This document shows, piece by piece, positions 39,097-45,899 of a stretch of 64,000 nt of DNA. The notes under the pieces were generated by a model. The model saw only the letters and a program-made list of their open reading frames with translations. It searched no databases and had not been told where the DNA came from. Positions within the stretch are counted from its first letter, which is position 1; the number at the start of each line of letters is the position of its first letter. Location: NCBI GenBank assembly GCA_934141535.1, contig CAKPCH010000002.1, forward strand, positions 11,914 through 75,913, given 5' to 3'. The translations under genes and the position numbers were made by a program. The stretch comes from an uncultured Bacilli bacterium (lineage in GTDB: Bacteria; Bacillota_I; Bacilli_A; RF39; UBA660).

Positions 39097-39249
39097 ACTA
39101 CCACCTTGAATATTATCTCACAATGATTTTTTAGGGTATGCAAACAAATACTTTGCAAACTTTTCGCTTATAATATATATTTGCACATGTTTTTGTAATA
39201 TTTATGAATATTTATAATATAATCTATTAGAAATATGAGGAGGAAATTC

Positions 39250-39753
39250 ATGATAAATAAAAAAAGTTTATGGTTTTTAACGTTGTTTAGTTTAATTTTA
39301 GTTTTAAGTATTTATTATATAACTATGCCAAGTGAATTATTATTAACAACATCTACTACTGAAAATAAAGATAAAAAAAGTGATGAACCTACAGTATCAG
39401 TTGAAAAAAGTGATTTACTTGTCGCACTAAGAGTTGAAGCAGATGAAGAAATGTCAAAAGAAATAGAAAATTTACAAACTGTTTTAACAAACGCAAACTC
39501 TTCAACAGATGAAAAAAATAAAGCCTATGAAAAGATTAAAGAATTAAATGAAAACAGAGGAGATGAAGAAAAGCTAGAAGCTCAAATAAAAGAGACTTAT
39601 AAACTTGATAGTTTTATAAGAATAGATGGATCTAATATTAAAGTTATTATAAAAAGTGAAGAAAATAGCGAAACTTTAGCAAACAACATCATGAGAACTA
39701 TACAAGCCAATTATGAAACTTCAAAATATATAACAGTTAAATTTCAAAAATAA
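39250..39753 (+). CDS. spoIIIAH: SpoIIIAH-like sporulation protein (forespore feeding-channel ring component)
   Basis: MINKKSLWFLTLFSLILVLSIYYITMPS parallels B. subtilis SpoIIIAH MLKKQTVWLLTMLSLVVVLSVYYIMSP. The C-terminus ...DSFIRIDGSNIKVIIKSEENSETLANNIMRTIQANY..YITVKFQK parallels ..DALVNAEGDKINITVKS..AIIDLVAKEI..DVAVTFEP. SD AGGAGG. Confidence 0.65.
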   Translation: MINKKSLWFLTLFSLILVLSIYYITMPSELLLTTSTTENKDKKSDEPTVSVEKSDLLVALRVEADEEMSKEIENLQTVLTNANSSTDEKNKAYEKIKELNENRGDEEKLEAQIKETYKLDSFIRIDGSNIKVIIKSEENSETLANNIMRTIQANYETSKYITVKFQK

Positions 39754-39786
39754 CTTAATTGTTATTTTTTTTAGGCATCTTTAATC

Positions 39787-39813
39787 ACTAAAAATATATT
39801 GCATCATAAAATA
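39787..39813 (+). promoter_or_regulatory. Possible sigma-K-type promoter of gerE
   Basis: AC (39787-39788), 16 nt, CATAAAATA (39805-39813) fits the AC-16/17-CATAnnnTA consensus, about 45 nt before the gerE ATG. Confidence 0.35.
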
Positions 39814-39857
39814 ATATGAGAAAATATAAACCACTCTATTAGGAAGTGAGGTTAAAG

Positions 39858-40064
39858 ATGAATAAAAATATTTTAACAAAAAGAGAAAAGCAAGTATTTG
39901 AAATGTTAATTATAAATAAAACTACTAAAGAAATAGCGCAAAATTTAAATATAAGTGAAAAGACAGTAAGAAATCATATATCAAATGCTATGCAAAAACT
40001 TGGAGTTAAAGGAAGAGCTAGTGCCGTTGTTGAATTATTAAGACTTGGAGAAATTTCTTTATAA
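39858..40064 (+). CDS. gerE: Late sporulation LuxR-type regulator GerE
   Basis: [60 protein letters not shown] is nearly collinear with B. subtilis GerE ([60 protein letters not shown]). Confidence 0.88.
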   Translation: [68 protein letters not shown]

Positions 40065-40086
40065 AACGTATTTTTATACGTTTTTT
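40064..40086 (+). terminator. Terminator after gerE
   Basis: AAACGTA (40064-40070) / TACGTTT (40077-40083) plus a T-run. Confidence 0.65.
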
Positions 40087-40110
40087 ACATATATTTTAAC
40101 AGGTGATATT

Positions 40111-41067
40111 ATGTTAAAAAAATTTTATAAAAAGAAATTTATAATATGTGCTGTAGCGATTTTTACAATAGGACTTATTTATTTACTGCCAGATGAAAAA
40201 AATAAGTTAAACATTAAAGAAGAAATAGAATATGTTAACAAAGATGTTGAAACATCAAATATTTATTTATTAGATTCAAATAATTTAGTAGCGCAAACTA
40301 AAACAAAGATTAATGAAAAAGATATTGAAAAAAAAGCTAAAGAATTATTAGAAACACTTATTATAGATAGCAAGAATCAAGATAAAATTCCAAATGGTTT
40401 TAAAGCTATTATTCCAAGTAATACAAAAATATTAAAACTAGAATATAATGATTCTGTTATTAAAGTAAATTTTTCTAGTGATTTAATGGATACTAAAAAA
40501 GAAAATGAAGAAAAAATAATAGAAGCTATTGTTTACACTTTAACTAGTATAAATGATGTTAAATATGTAATTATTTATATGGATGGAAATATTTTAACAA
40601 CACTGCCAAAATCTAAAATAACATTACCATCTACTCTAGATAGAAGTTTTGGAATTAATAAAGAGTATGATATAGATTCTACAAAGAATATAAATAAAAC
40701 TACTGTTTATTATGTAAGTAAATTTAATGATCAAGAATATTATGTACCTGTAACTAAAGTTAACAATGATGATAGAAGTAAAATAGAAATAATTATTGAT
40801 GAATTAAGTTCTTCTAATGTATACAAATCTAATTTAATGAGTTACTTAAATAACAATACGAAAATTTTGTCGGTCAATGAAGAAAATGACTCTTTAGTCA
40901 TAAATTTCAATAATGCAATACTAAGTGATATTAATACTAATGAAATACTTGAAGAGGTTATTTACACTATTTCTATGTCAATAAATGATAATTATGATGT
41001 AAATGAAGTGGTTTTTAATGTAGAAGATAAAGAAATTTACAAAAGTGTATTAAAAACACTTGAATAA
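40111..41067 (+). CDS. gerM: GerM-like sporulation/germination protein with two GerMN-type domains
   Basis: N-terminal anchor, then two repeats of the pattern IYLLDSNNLVA...IIPSNTKILKLEYNDSVIKVNFS...IIEAIVYTLTSINDVKYVIIYMDG and VYYVSKFNDQEYYVP...TKILSVNEENDSLVINFN...EEVIYTISMSI..VNEVVFNVE. Confidence 0.68.
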   Translation: MLKKFYKKKFIICAVAIFTIGLIYLLPDEKNKLNIKEEIEYVNKDVETSNIYLLDSNNLVAQTKTKINEKDIEKKAKELLETLIIDSKNQDKIPNGFKAIIPSNTKILKLEYNDSVIKVNFSSDLMDTKKENEEKIIEAIVYTLTSINDVKYVIIYMDGNILTTLPKSKITLPSTLDRSFGINKEYDIDSTKNINKTTVYYVSKFNDQEYYVPVTKVNNDDRSKIEIIIDELSSSNVYKSNLMSYLNNNTKILSVNEENDSLVINFNNAILSDINTNEILEEVIYTISMSINDNYDVNEVVFNVEDKEIYKSVLKTLE

Positions 41068-41110
41068 ACTTTAAATTTGTTATATAATTATCTTGTTCTT
41101 GGAACAAGAT

Positions 41111-41187
41111 GTCTCAGTAGCTCAGCTGGATAGAGCATCGCCCTTCTAAGGCGAGTGTCAGGGGTTCGAATCCCTTCTGGGACACCA
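41111..41187 (+). tRNA. tRNA-Arg (anticodon UCU), CCA encoded
   Basis: GTCTCAG TA GCTCAGCTGGATAGAGC A TCGCC CTTCTAA GGCGA GTGTC AGGGG TTCGAAT CCCTT CTGGGAC A CCA. Confidence 0.9.
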
Positions 41188-41264
41188 TTTAAAAATTACA
41201 AAGTCTTAATTTAAGGCTTTTTTGTTTAATAATAAAAATCTAGTTTTTAAATTAACTAGATTTT

Positions 41265-41651
41265 TTATTCATGAATAACATATTTATTGTATGCCATTCT
41301 ATTTCTTTTTAATTCGTATTTTTCATCGGATAAAATAAAAAAAGTTTTTATTTTCAATTCTTTTGAATTTTCTACCTTTACTCTAATAGATATATTATTT
41401 TTTAATTTTTTATAATACTCTAAAGAATTATTTTTATCATTGTACAAAACAAAATCACACTCATTTATTACATAATCTAGATTTTTCATTATAAAGGAAA
41501 AATCTCTTGGATTTTCAAATTCACTATAGTGTCTTTTATAACAATGTTTCTTATCGTTATCATAAATTACTATACTTTTTCCAACTAAATCTGGTCTATT
41601 GCAATCAATGCCAACTTTGGTAGAAACTATTGTAATATATTCTTTGTTCAT
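41265..41651 (-). CDS. Hypothetical 128-aa protein; pattern reminiscent of phage Barnase-EndoU-ColicinE5/D-RelE-like (PBECR) nuclease domains
   Basis: GKSIVIYDNDKKHCYKRHYSEFENPRDFSFIMKNLDYVINECDFVLYNDKNNSLEYYKKL..ISIRVKVE..KELKIKTFFIL fits the recalled PBECR layout (v.i...i.H..krH.ef....f..i...l..vi..pD.V......nsl.f.kkl....v.v.v.....l.i.T.f). Start ATG 41651, SD GGGTGA. Not verified by a profile search. Confidence 0.35.
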   Translation of the reverse strand: MNKEYITIVSTKVGIDCNRPDLVGKSIVIYDNDKKHCYKRHYSEFENPRDFSFIMKNLDYVINECDFVLYNDKNNSLEYYKKLKNNISIRVKVENSKELKIKTFFILSDEKYELKRNRMAYNKYVIHE

Positions 41652-41664
41652 ATTTATCACCCAT

Positions 41665-41818
41665 AAAAAATAACCCATACCATTAAGGTATGGGATTTAA
41701 GATACTATGCCTTGCACCACTTTGGCATCTCATCAGATTATTAATCCTACACTTAAGAAATTGGGTTCCCAAAATCCGCGATAGTTAGTGTCTTTCTACC
41801 TCTAGTATCTCTTAACAA
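41665..41818 (-). promoter_or_regulatory. Structured leader RNA (P1-closed multi-stem element plus intrinsic terminator) upstream of the 128-aa ORF; class unknown
   Basis: Minus strand: P1 is UUAA-GA-GAUACUA (41815-41803) pairing with UAGUAUCUUAA. Internal stems are ACACUAA/UUA(A)GUGU and AUGCC/GGCAU. Terminator CCCAUACC-UUAAU-GGUAUGGG (41694-41674) plus U6 lies 13 nt before the SD. Possible promoter TTGCAA (41914-41909), 18 nt, TATATT (41890-41885). Confidence 0.45.
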
Positions 41819-42230
41819 GAATAGCACATTAACAACAAAAACTTTGTAAAAATTTGTACACATTCTATATAATTAATTTATCACAATATAAGTTAAAAAA
41901 CAATGCATTTGCAATAAATTAATTATATTATACACTTATATAGAAAAAAGTCAAACGGTACGTCTTTATTCAAAATTTAATTTTTTGAATAACAAATTTA
42001 AATGATTTTATATAATTAAATATTAATAATAATTTTTATTTAATTTTGGTATTAAATTTAAACAAAATTGTAAATAAAAGATTATTTAATTCTTTTATAC
42101 TCGTATTTTTCGCAATTTTTACCTTATTTTATACATAAAAATAGACATTTCATACATTTTGTATTGAATTAAAATGAATTATTAAAGTAAAATTTATTTG
42201 TAATATTTAAAGAAAGGAGACGTGATTGAA

Positions 42231-42302
42231 ATGAAATATATTACAAAATCTAATTCTAAACTTATTAACTTACAATCATGTCGAGTTTTAAGTTTGGATT
42301 AA
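42231..42302 (+). CDS. Micro-ORF 1 (23 aa)
   Basis: SD AAAGGAGA 10 nt before ATG; MKYITKSNSKLINLQSCRVLSLD. Confidence 0.3.
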   Translation: MKYITKSNSKLINLQSCRVLSLD

Positions 42303-42338
42303 TATCCATTATCGTAAATATAGAAAGGAAGTGTATGA

Positions 42339-42401
42339 ATGATTTTGGATAAAATAATGGGCAAGATGATTTATACACTTAAATTTTGCCTTTATAAATA
42401 A
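42339..42401 (+). CDS. Micro-ORF 2 (20 aa)
   Basis: SD GAAAGGAAG; MILDKIMGKMIYTLKFCLYK. An overlapping 5-codon ORF MNDFG starts 4 nt earlier. Confidence 0.25.
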   Translation: MILDKIMGKMIYTLKFCLYK

Positions 42402-42433
42402 ATTATCTTGCCTATATAAGAAAGGTGAGAATT

Positions 42434-42580
42434 ATGAAATTAAAATTTTTCTTGAAAAAGCATCATAATCTCATTATTTCTATTATAGACATAATACAAA
42501 TAATAAATATATTTATAAATTTTAAAATATTAAGTATATTTATTATAATTATTAAAAATATAATGAGTTATGATGAATAG
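42434..42580 (+). CDS. Micro-ORF 3 (48 aa), basic N-terminus plus one hydrophobic span
   Basis: SD AAAGGTGAG 5 nt before ATG; MKLKFFLKKHHNLIISIIDIIQIINIFINFKILSIFIIIIKNIMSYDE. An open frame of 48 codons is unusual in such AT-rich, stop-rich DNA. Confidence 0.35.
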   Translation: MKLKFFLKKHHNLIISIIDIIQIINIFINFKILSIFIIIIKNIMSYDE

Positions 42581-42602
42581 TCTTCTTTTGAAGGCTTTTT
42601 TT
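42579..42602 (+). terminator. Terminator closing the micro-ORF unit
   Basis: AGTCTTC (42579-42585) / GAAGGCT (42590-42596) plus T7. The convergent serS terminator AGCTAA/TTAGCT lies at about 42606-42625. Confidence 0.6.
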
Positions 42603-42618
42603 CATGAAAAAAAGCTAA

Positions 42619-43902
42619 CTATTTAGCTTCTATTCTTTCCTTTCCACCCATATAAGGTCTCAAAACTTCTGGTACAGTAATACTTCCATCTTCATTATAA
42701 TTATTTTCTATTAAAGCAATTAATCCTCTTGGGGTTGCTACTACGGTATTATTTAAAGTATGTGGATAATATGTACCGTTCTCTTTCTTAACACGTATAC
42801 CAAGTCTTCTACTTTGAGCATCTCCTAAATTAGAACAAGAACATACTTCAAAGTATTTTTGTTGTCTTGGACTCCAAGCTTCAATATCACAAGATTTTAC
42901 TTTTAAATCTGCTAAATCTCCACTACAACATTCTAGTTGTCTTACTGGTATATTAAAGTTTCTAAATATTTCAACACTATATTTCCACATTTTATTATAC
43001 CAATCTTTTGAAGTCTCAGGATCACATAATACTATCATTTCTTGTTTTTCAAATTGATGAACTCTATAAAGTCCTCTTTCTTCTAATCCATGAGATCCTC
43101 CCTCTTTTCTAAAGCATGGAGAATATGAAGTCATAGTTATAGGTAAATCCTCTTTTTTTAGTAACTGTTCTTTAAATCTACCAATCATTGAATGTTCAGA
43201 AGTACCTATTAAATATAAGTCTTCACCTTCTATTTTATACATCATTGCTTCCATCTCAGGAAAAGACATAACACCCTCTACTACATTACCATGTATCATA
43301 AAAGGTGGTATTGCATAAGTAAATCCTTTATCTATCATATAATCTCTTGCGTATGCTAACATAGCCTCATGAATACGTGCTATATCACCTAAAAGGTAAT
43401 AAAAGCCTTGACCACTAGTTCTTCCAGCTGCTTCTTTATCCATTCCATTTAATTTTTCTATAATATCTGCATGATATGGAATTTCATAATTTGGTACAGT
43501 AGGTTCTCCAAATCTTTCTACTTCTACATTAAAAGAATCATCCTTACCAATTGGTACACTATCATCTATTATATTTGGAATATTTAACATTAATTTTCTT
43601 ATTTCTAATTCTAGTTCTTCTTCTTTTTTAGTTAAATCATCTATTTCTTTTCCATATTTAGATATATCTTCTTTTACTTCAGCAGCTTCTTCTTTTTTAC
43701 CTTCTCTCATTAAAGATCCTATTAAAGCACTTTTAGTATTTTTTAAGGCTCGTAATTCATCGCCTTTTTTCTTACAATCTCTAAATTCTAAATCTAATTT
43801 TTCTATTTCATCTACCATAGGTAATTTTTCATCTTGAAATTTTTTTCTTATATTTTCTTTTACTAATTCTTTATTTTCTCTTATTAATTTTATATCTATC
43901 AT
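42619..43902 (-). CDS. serS: Seryl-tRNA synthetase
   Basis: N-terminal coiled coil, class-II motifs ..FRKEGGSHG..GLYRVHQFEKQE.. and TLNNTVVATPR. Confidence 0.96.
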   Translation of the reverse strand: MIDIKLIRENKELVKENIRKKFQDEKLPMVDEIEKLDLEFRDCKKKGDELRALKNTKSALIGSLMREGKKEEAAEVKEDISKYGKEIDDLTKKEEELELEIRKLMLNIPNIIDDSVPIGKDDSFNVEVERFGEPTVPNYEIPYHADIIEKLNGMDKEAAGRTSGQGFYYLLGDIARIHEAMLAYARDYMIDKGFTYAIPPFMIHGNVVEGVMSFPEMEAMMYKIEGEDLYLIGTSEHSMIGRFKEQLLKKEDLPITMTSYSPCFRKEGGSHGLEERGLYRVHQFEKQEMIVLCDPETSKDWYNKMWKYSVEIFRNFNIPVRQLECCSGDLADLKVKSCDIEAWSPRQQKYFEVCSCSNLGDAQSRRLGIRVKKENGTYYPHTLNNTVVATPRGLIALIENNYNEDGSITVPEVLRPYMGGKERIEAK

Positions 43903-43904
43903 AA

Positions 43905-44399
43905 TTACATCTCCTTTAATCTATTTAGTATTTTCTCATAACTAGGTGCATATCTTTTTTCTACTCTTTCATAATCTTTTATTGTAGGATTTTTAATTCT
44001 TGACATATCCATATTATTACTTAAATCTGCAAGTTTTACATGAAGTGCCTCTTTTGATCCTTTTTTTATTATGTTATCTATATAATTTTTATAATCAACA
44101 TTTTTTATTCTTGTAAGTATAACTACATCATCTACTATCTTTTTAGGAAAACCTAAATCTAGTAATTCATCACTAGTAATATTTTTATCTTCTATTACAT
44201 CATGTAAAAGTGCGACTACTTTTTCATCTATACTATGTACATGATTATATACATACATTAGATGTAACATATAAGGAAATCCACCTTTATCTATATCATT
44301 TTTAAATAAGTTAACCGACAATTCTAAAGCCTTATATATTAAATTATCACTATCTCTTAATTCTTGTAATTTTTCTTCATTAAAATATTCTTTTAACAT
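43905..44399 (-). CDS. HD-domain phosphohydrolase resembling small alarmone ((p)ppGpp) hydrolases (RelA/SpoT HD_4 type)
   Basis: YMLHLMYV...VVALLHDVIEDKNITSDELLDLGFPKKIVDDVVILTR...ALHVKLADLSNNMDMSRI follows the H..HD..ED..LADR-N layout of Mesh1/SpoT hydrolase domains. SD AGGAGG. Its stop lies 2 nt before the serS ATG. Confidence 0.6.
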   Translation of the reverse strand: MLKEYFNEEKLQELRDSDNLIYKALELSVNLFKNDIDKGGFPYMLHLMYVYNHVHSIDEKVVALLHDVIEDKNITSDELLDLGFPKKIVDDVVILTRIKNVDYKNYIDNIIKKGSKEALHVKLADLSNNMDMSRIKNPTIKDYERVEKRYAPSYEKILNRLKEM

Positions 44400-44411
44400 A
44401 TTATCCTCCTA

Positions 44412-44609
44412 TACAAAAAAGGATAGTACCTAAGGAGCACATAAAAGTGCGGTACCATCCTTTTTTATTCTTAATTAATATAACGGTTATCCCGGAAATG
44501 TTTACATTTCTCTTAAGAGTAGATTCATAAAACATACTTGTTAATTTACACCAACCATTAACTCTCTTTAAAAGCATTATTTTATTACTATTCTCTTTCA
44601 TCGATTTAT
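44412..44609 (-). promoter_or_regulatory. T-box riboswitch, Ser specifier (UCU)
   Basis: Promoter TTGACA (44644-44639), 17 nt, TAAAAT (44621-44616). Stem I has GAUGAAAGAGAAUAGUA and AGAGAGUUAAUGGUUGGUGUAA. Specifier loop is ..AUGAA-UCU-ACUCUU. T-box sequence is AAAAAAGGAUGGUACCGCAC. Terminator GGAUGGUACC...GGUACUAUCC plus U6. The track ORF 44401-44625 lies inside this RNA. Confidence 0.85.
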
Positions 44610-44654
44610 GAACTAATTTTAACACTTATATAAATTATTGTCAATGATTAATGG

Positions 44655-45074
44655 TTAATTATTAACTTTTACTTTTTGAAATCCTTTTTCCATTTGTTCT
44701 TTTTTTGATAAGGATTTCTCTTTTTTCTTCATTTTTGATATTAAATTTATTATAAATTTAAATCTTCTATTATCATCTTGTTTTTCTAAATTATTTTCAA
44801 GAGTGTGTGATACTTCATTTGGAGTTAAACCTTCAGTTATAGCACTCTTAATTTTAGCACTGTTTTCTCTAACTAAAGCAGAATTATAACTATTATCAAC
44901 TACATTAGGACTTTGTTTCATACTTGAAATAGTGTCAATTACATCTCTTATTTGTTCTGGAGTATGACCTATTTCATCACTTTTATCTAGCATATCTTCT
45001 ATAGAATTTTTAATGCCTTCACCACTTACTCCCTCTTCTACAGCGCTTTTTATATATTCTTTATCTATATTCAT
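44655..45074 (-). CDS. Hypothetical acidic/basic helical protein (139 aa) with internal duplication
   Basis: IKSAVEEGVSGEGIKNSIEDMLDK and IKSAITEGLTPNEVSHTLENNLEK are evident repeats. Start ATG 45074 with SD AGGTGA. No known motif. Confidence 0.5.
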   Translation of the reverse strand: MNIDKEYIKSAVEEGVSGEGIKNSIEDMLDKSDEIGHTPEQIRDVIDTISSMKQSPNVVDNSYNSALVRENSAKIKSAITEGLTPNEVSHTLENNLEKQDDNRRFKFIINLISKMKKKEKSLSKKEQMEKGFQKVKVNN

Positions 45075-45198
45075 AATATCACCTAATTTCATTTTATATA
45101 AAAACACTATTATTTTCAATATTATTATGTATAAATATTAAACGTTTACACATTCATAGGACAAATTGTGTAAATCATATATTATTTTGAGGTGTATT

Positions 45199-45891
45199 AT
45201 GTTTAATTTTTTTAAAAAGCTATTTAAAGATTTTTATTTATTTACTGCTGCTTATTCTAATAATAGTTTTCCAGATCCACTAACTAAAGAAGAAGAAGAA
45301 CTCTATGTAGAAAAGTCTAGATTTGGTGATAAAGAAGCTCGTTCTAAACTTATTGAACACAATTTAAGATTAGTAGCACATATTGCTAAAAAATATGATT
45401 CAAAAAATATAGATACTGATGATTTAATAAGTATTGGAACAATAGGACTTATAAAGGGTGTTGATTCTTATTCAAAAAGTAAAAACACTAGACTTACAAC
45501 GTATGCTGCTAGATGTATAGAAAACGAAATTTTAATGTTTTTTAGAAATAATAAAAAAAGAAATAAAGATATTAGTATAAATGAATCAGTTGGATTTGAT
45601 AAGGAAGGTAATGAAATAACAATACTTGATATATTAAAGACTCCAACTCCTGATTTTGTTTGTGATATTTATAAAAATGATAATATAGATGAAATGAAAA
45701 AATATTTAAGTGTCTTAAATGATAGAGAAAAAGAAATAATTATGTATAGGTATGGACTAAATAATTATGATGAAATAACACAAAAAGAGATTGCTAATAA
45801 ATTAAATATATCAAGAAGTTATGTGTCTAGAATAGAAAAAAGAGCACTCACAAAGATACTTCGTGAATTTTTAAAAAATAATAAGAAATGA
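45199..45891 (+). CDS. sigK: Pro-sigma-K (late mother-cell sporulation sigma factor), uninterrupted
   Basis: The pro-sequence junction ..FTAA/YSNNSFPDPLT parallels B. subtilis ..FLVS/YVKNNAFPQPLS. LIEHNLRLVAHIAKKY, ISIGTIGLIKGVDSY and TYAARCIENEILMFFR are also present. Confidence 0.85.
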   Translation: MFNFFKKLFKDFYLFTAAYSNNSFPDPLTKEEEELYVEKSRFGDKEARSKLIEHNLRLVAHIAKKYDSKNIDTDDLISIGTIGLIKGVDSYSKSKNTRLTTYAARCIENEILMFFRNNKKRNKDISINESVGFDKEGNEITILDILKTPTPDFVCDIYKNDNIDEMKKYLSVLNDREKEIIMYRYGLNNYDEITQKEIANKLNISRSYVSRIEKRALTKILREFLKNNKK

Positions 45892-45899
45892 TTTTTTGA

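Noticed and set aside
41729-41736. CUGAUGAG (hammerhead ribozyme core) on the minus strand within the structured leader
   Set aside because: The stem II following it (AUGCC/GGCAU) is not followed by the obligatory GAAA, and no stem I/III cleavage-site arrangement can be drawn. An 8-mer match is expected by chance at this scale.
41830-42210. Long ORF-free, extremely AT-rich spacer examined for CRISPR or tandem repeats
   Set aside because: No regularly spaced direct repeats are present. I found only isolated short palindromes (for example TTCAAAA...TTTTGAA at about 41969-41989).
41111-42618. Integrase or att repeats marking a tRNA-Arg integrated element
   Set aside because: There is no recombinase ORF, and I could not find a copy of the tRNA 3' end (..TTCGAATCCCTTCTGGGACACCA) in the islet. 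It is kept only as a decayed-islet hypothesis.
44401-44625. Track ORF 44401-44625 (-), 74 aa
   Set aside because: It coincides with the Ser T-box leader (specifier loop, T-box sequence, terminator), has no SD, and its reading frame runs through the terminator.
45199-45891. Possible skin-type intervening element in sigK
   Set aside because: The ORF is continuous from the pro-sequence to region 4.2 (ISRSYVSRIEKRAL). No recombinase gene or split is present.
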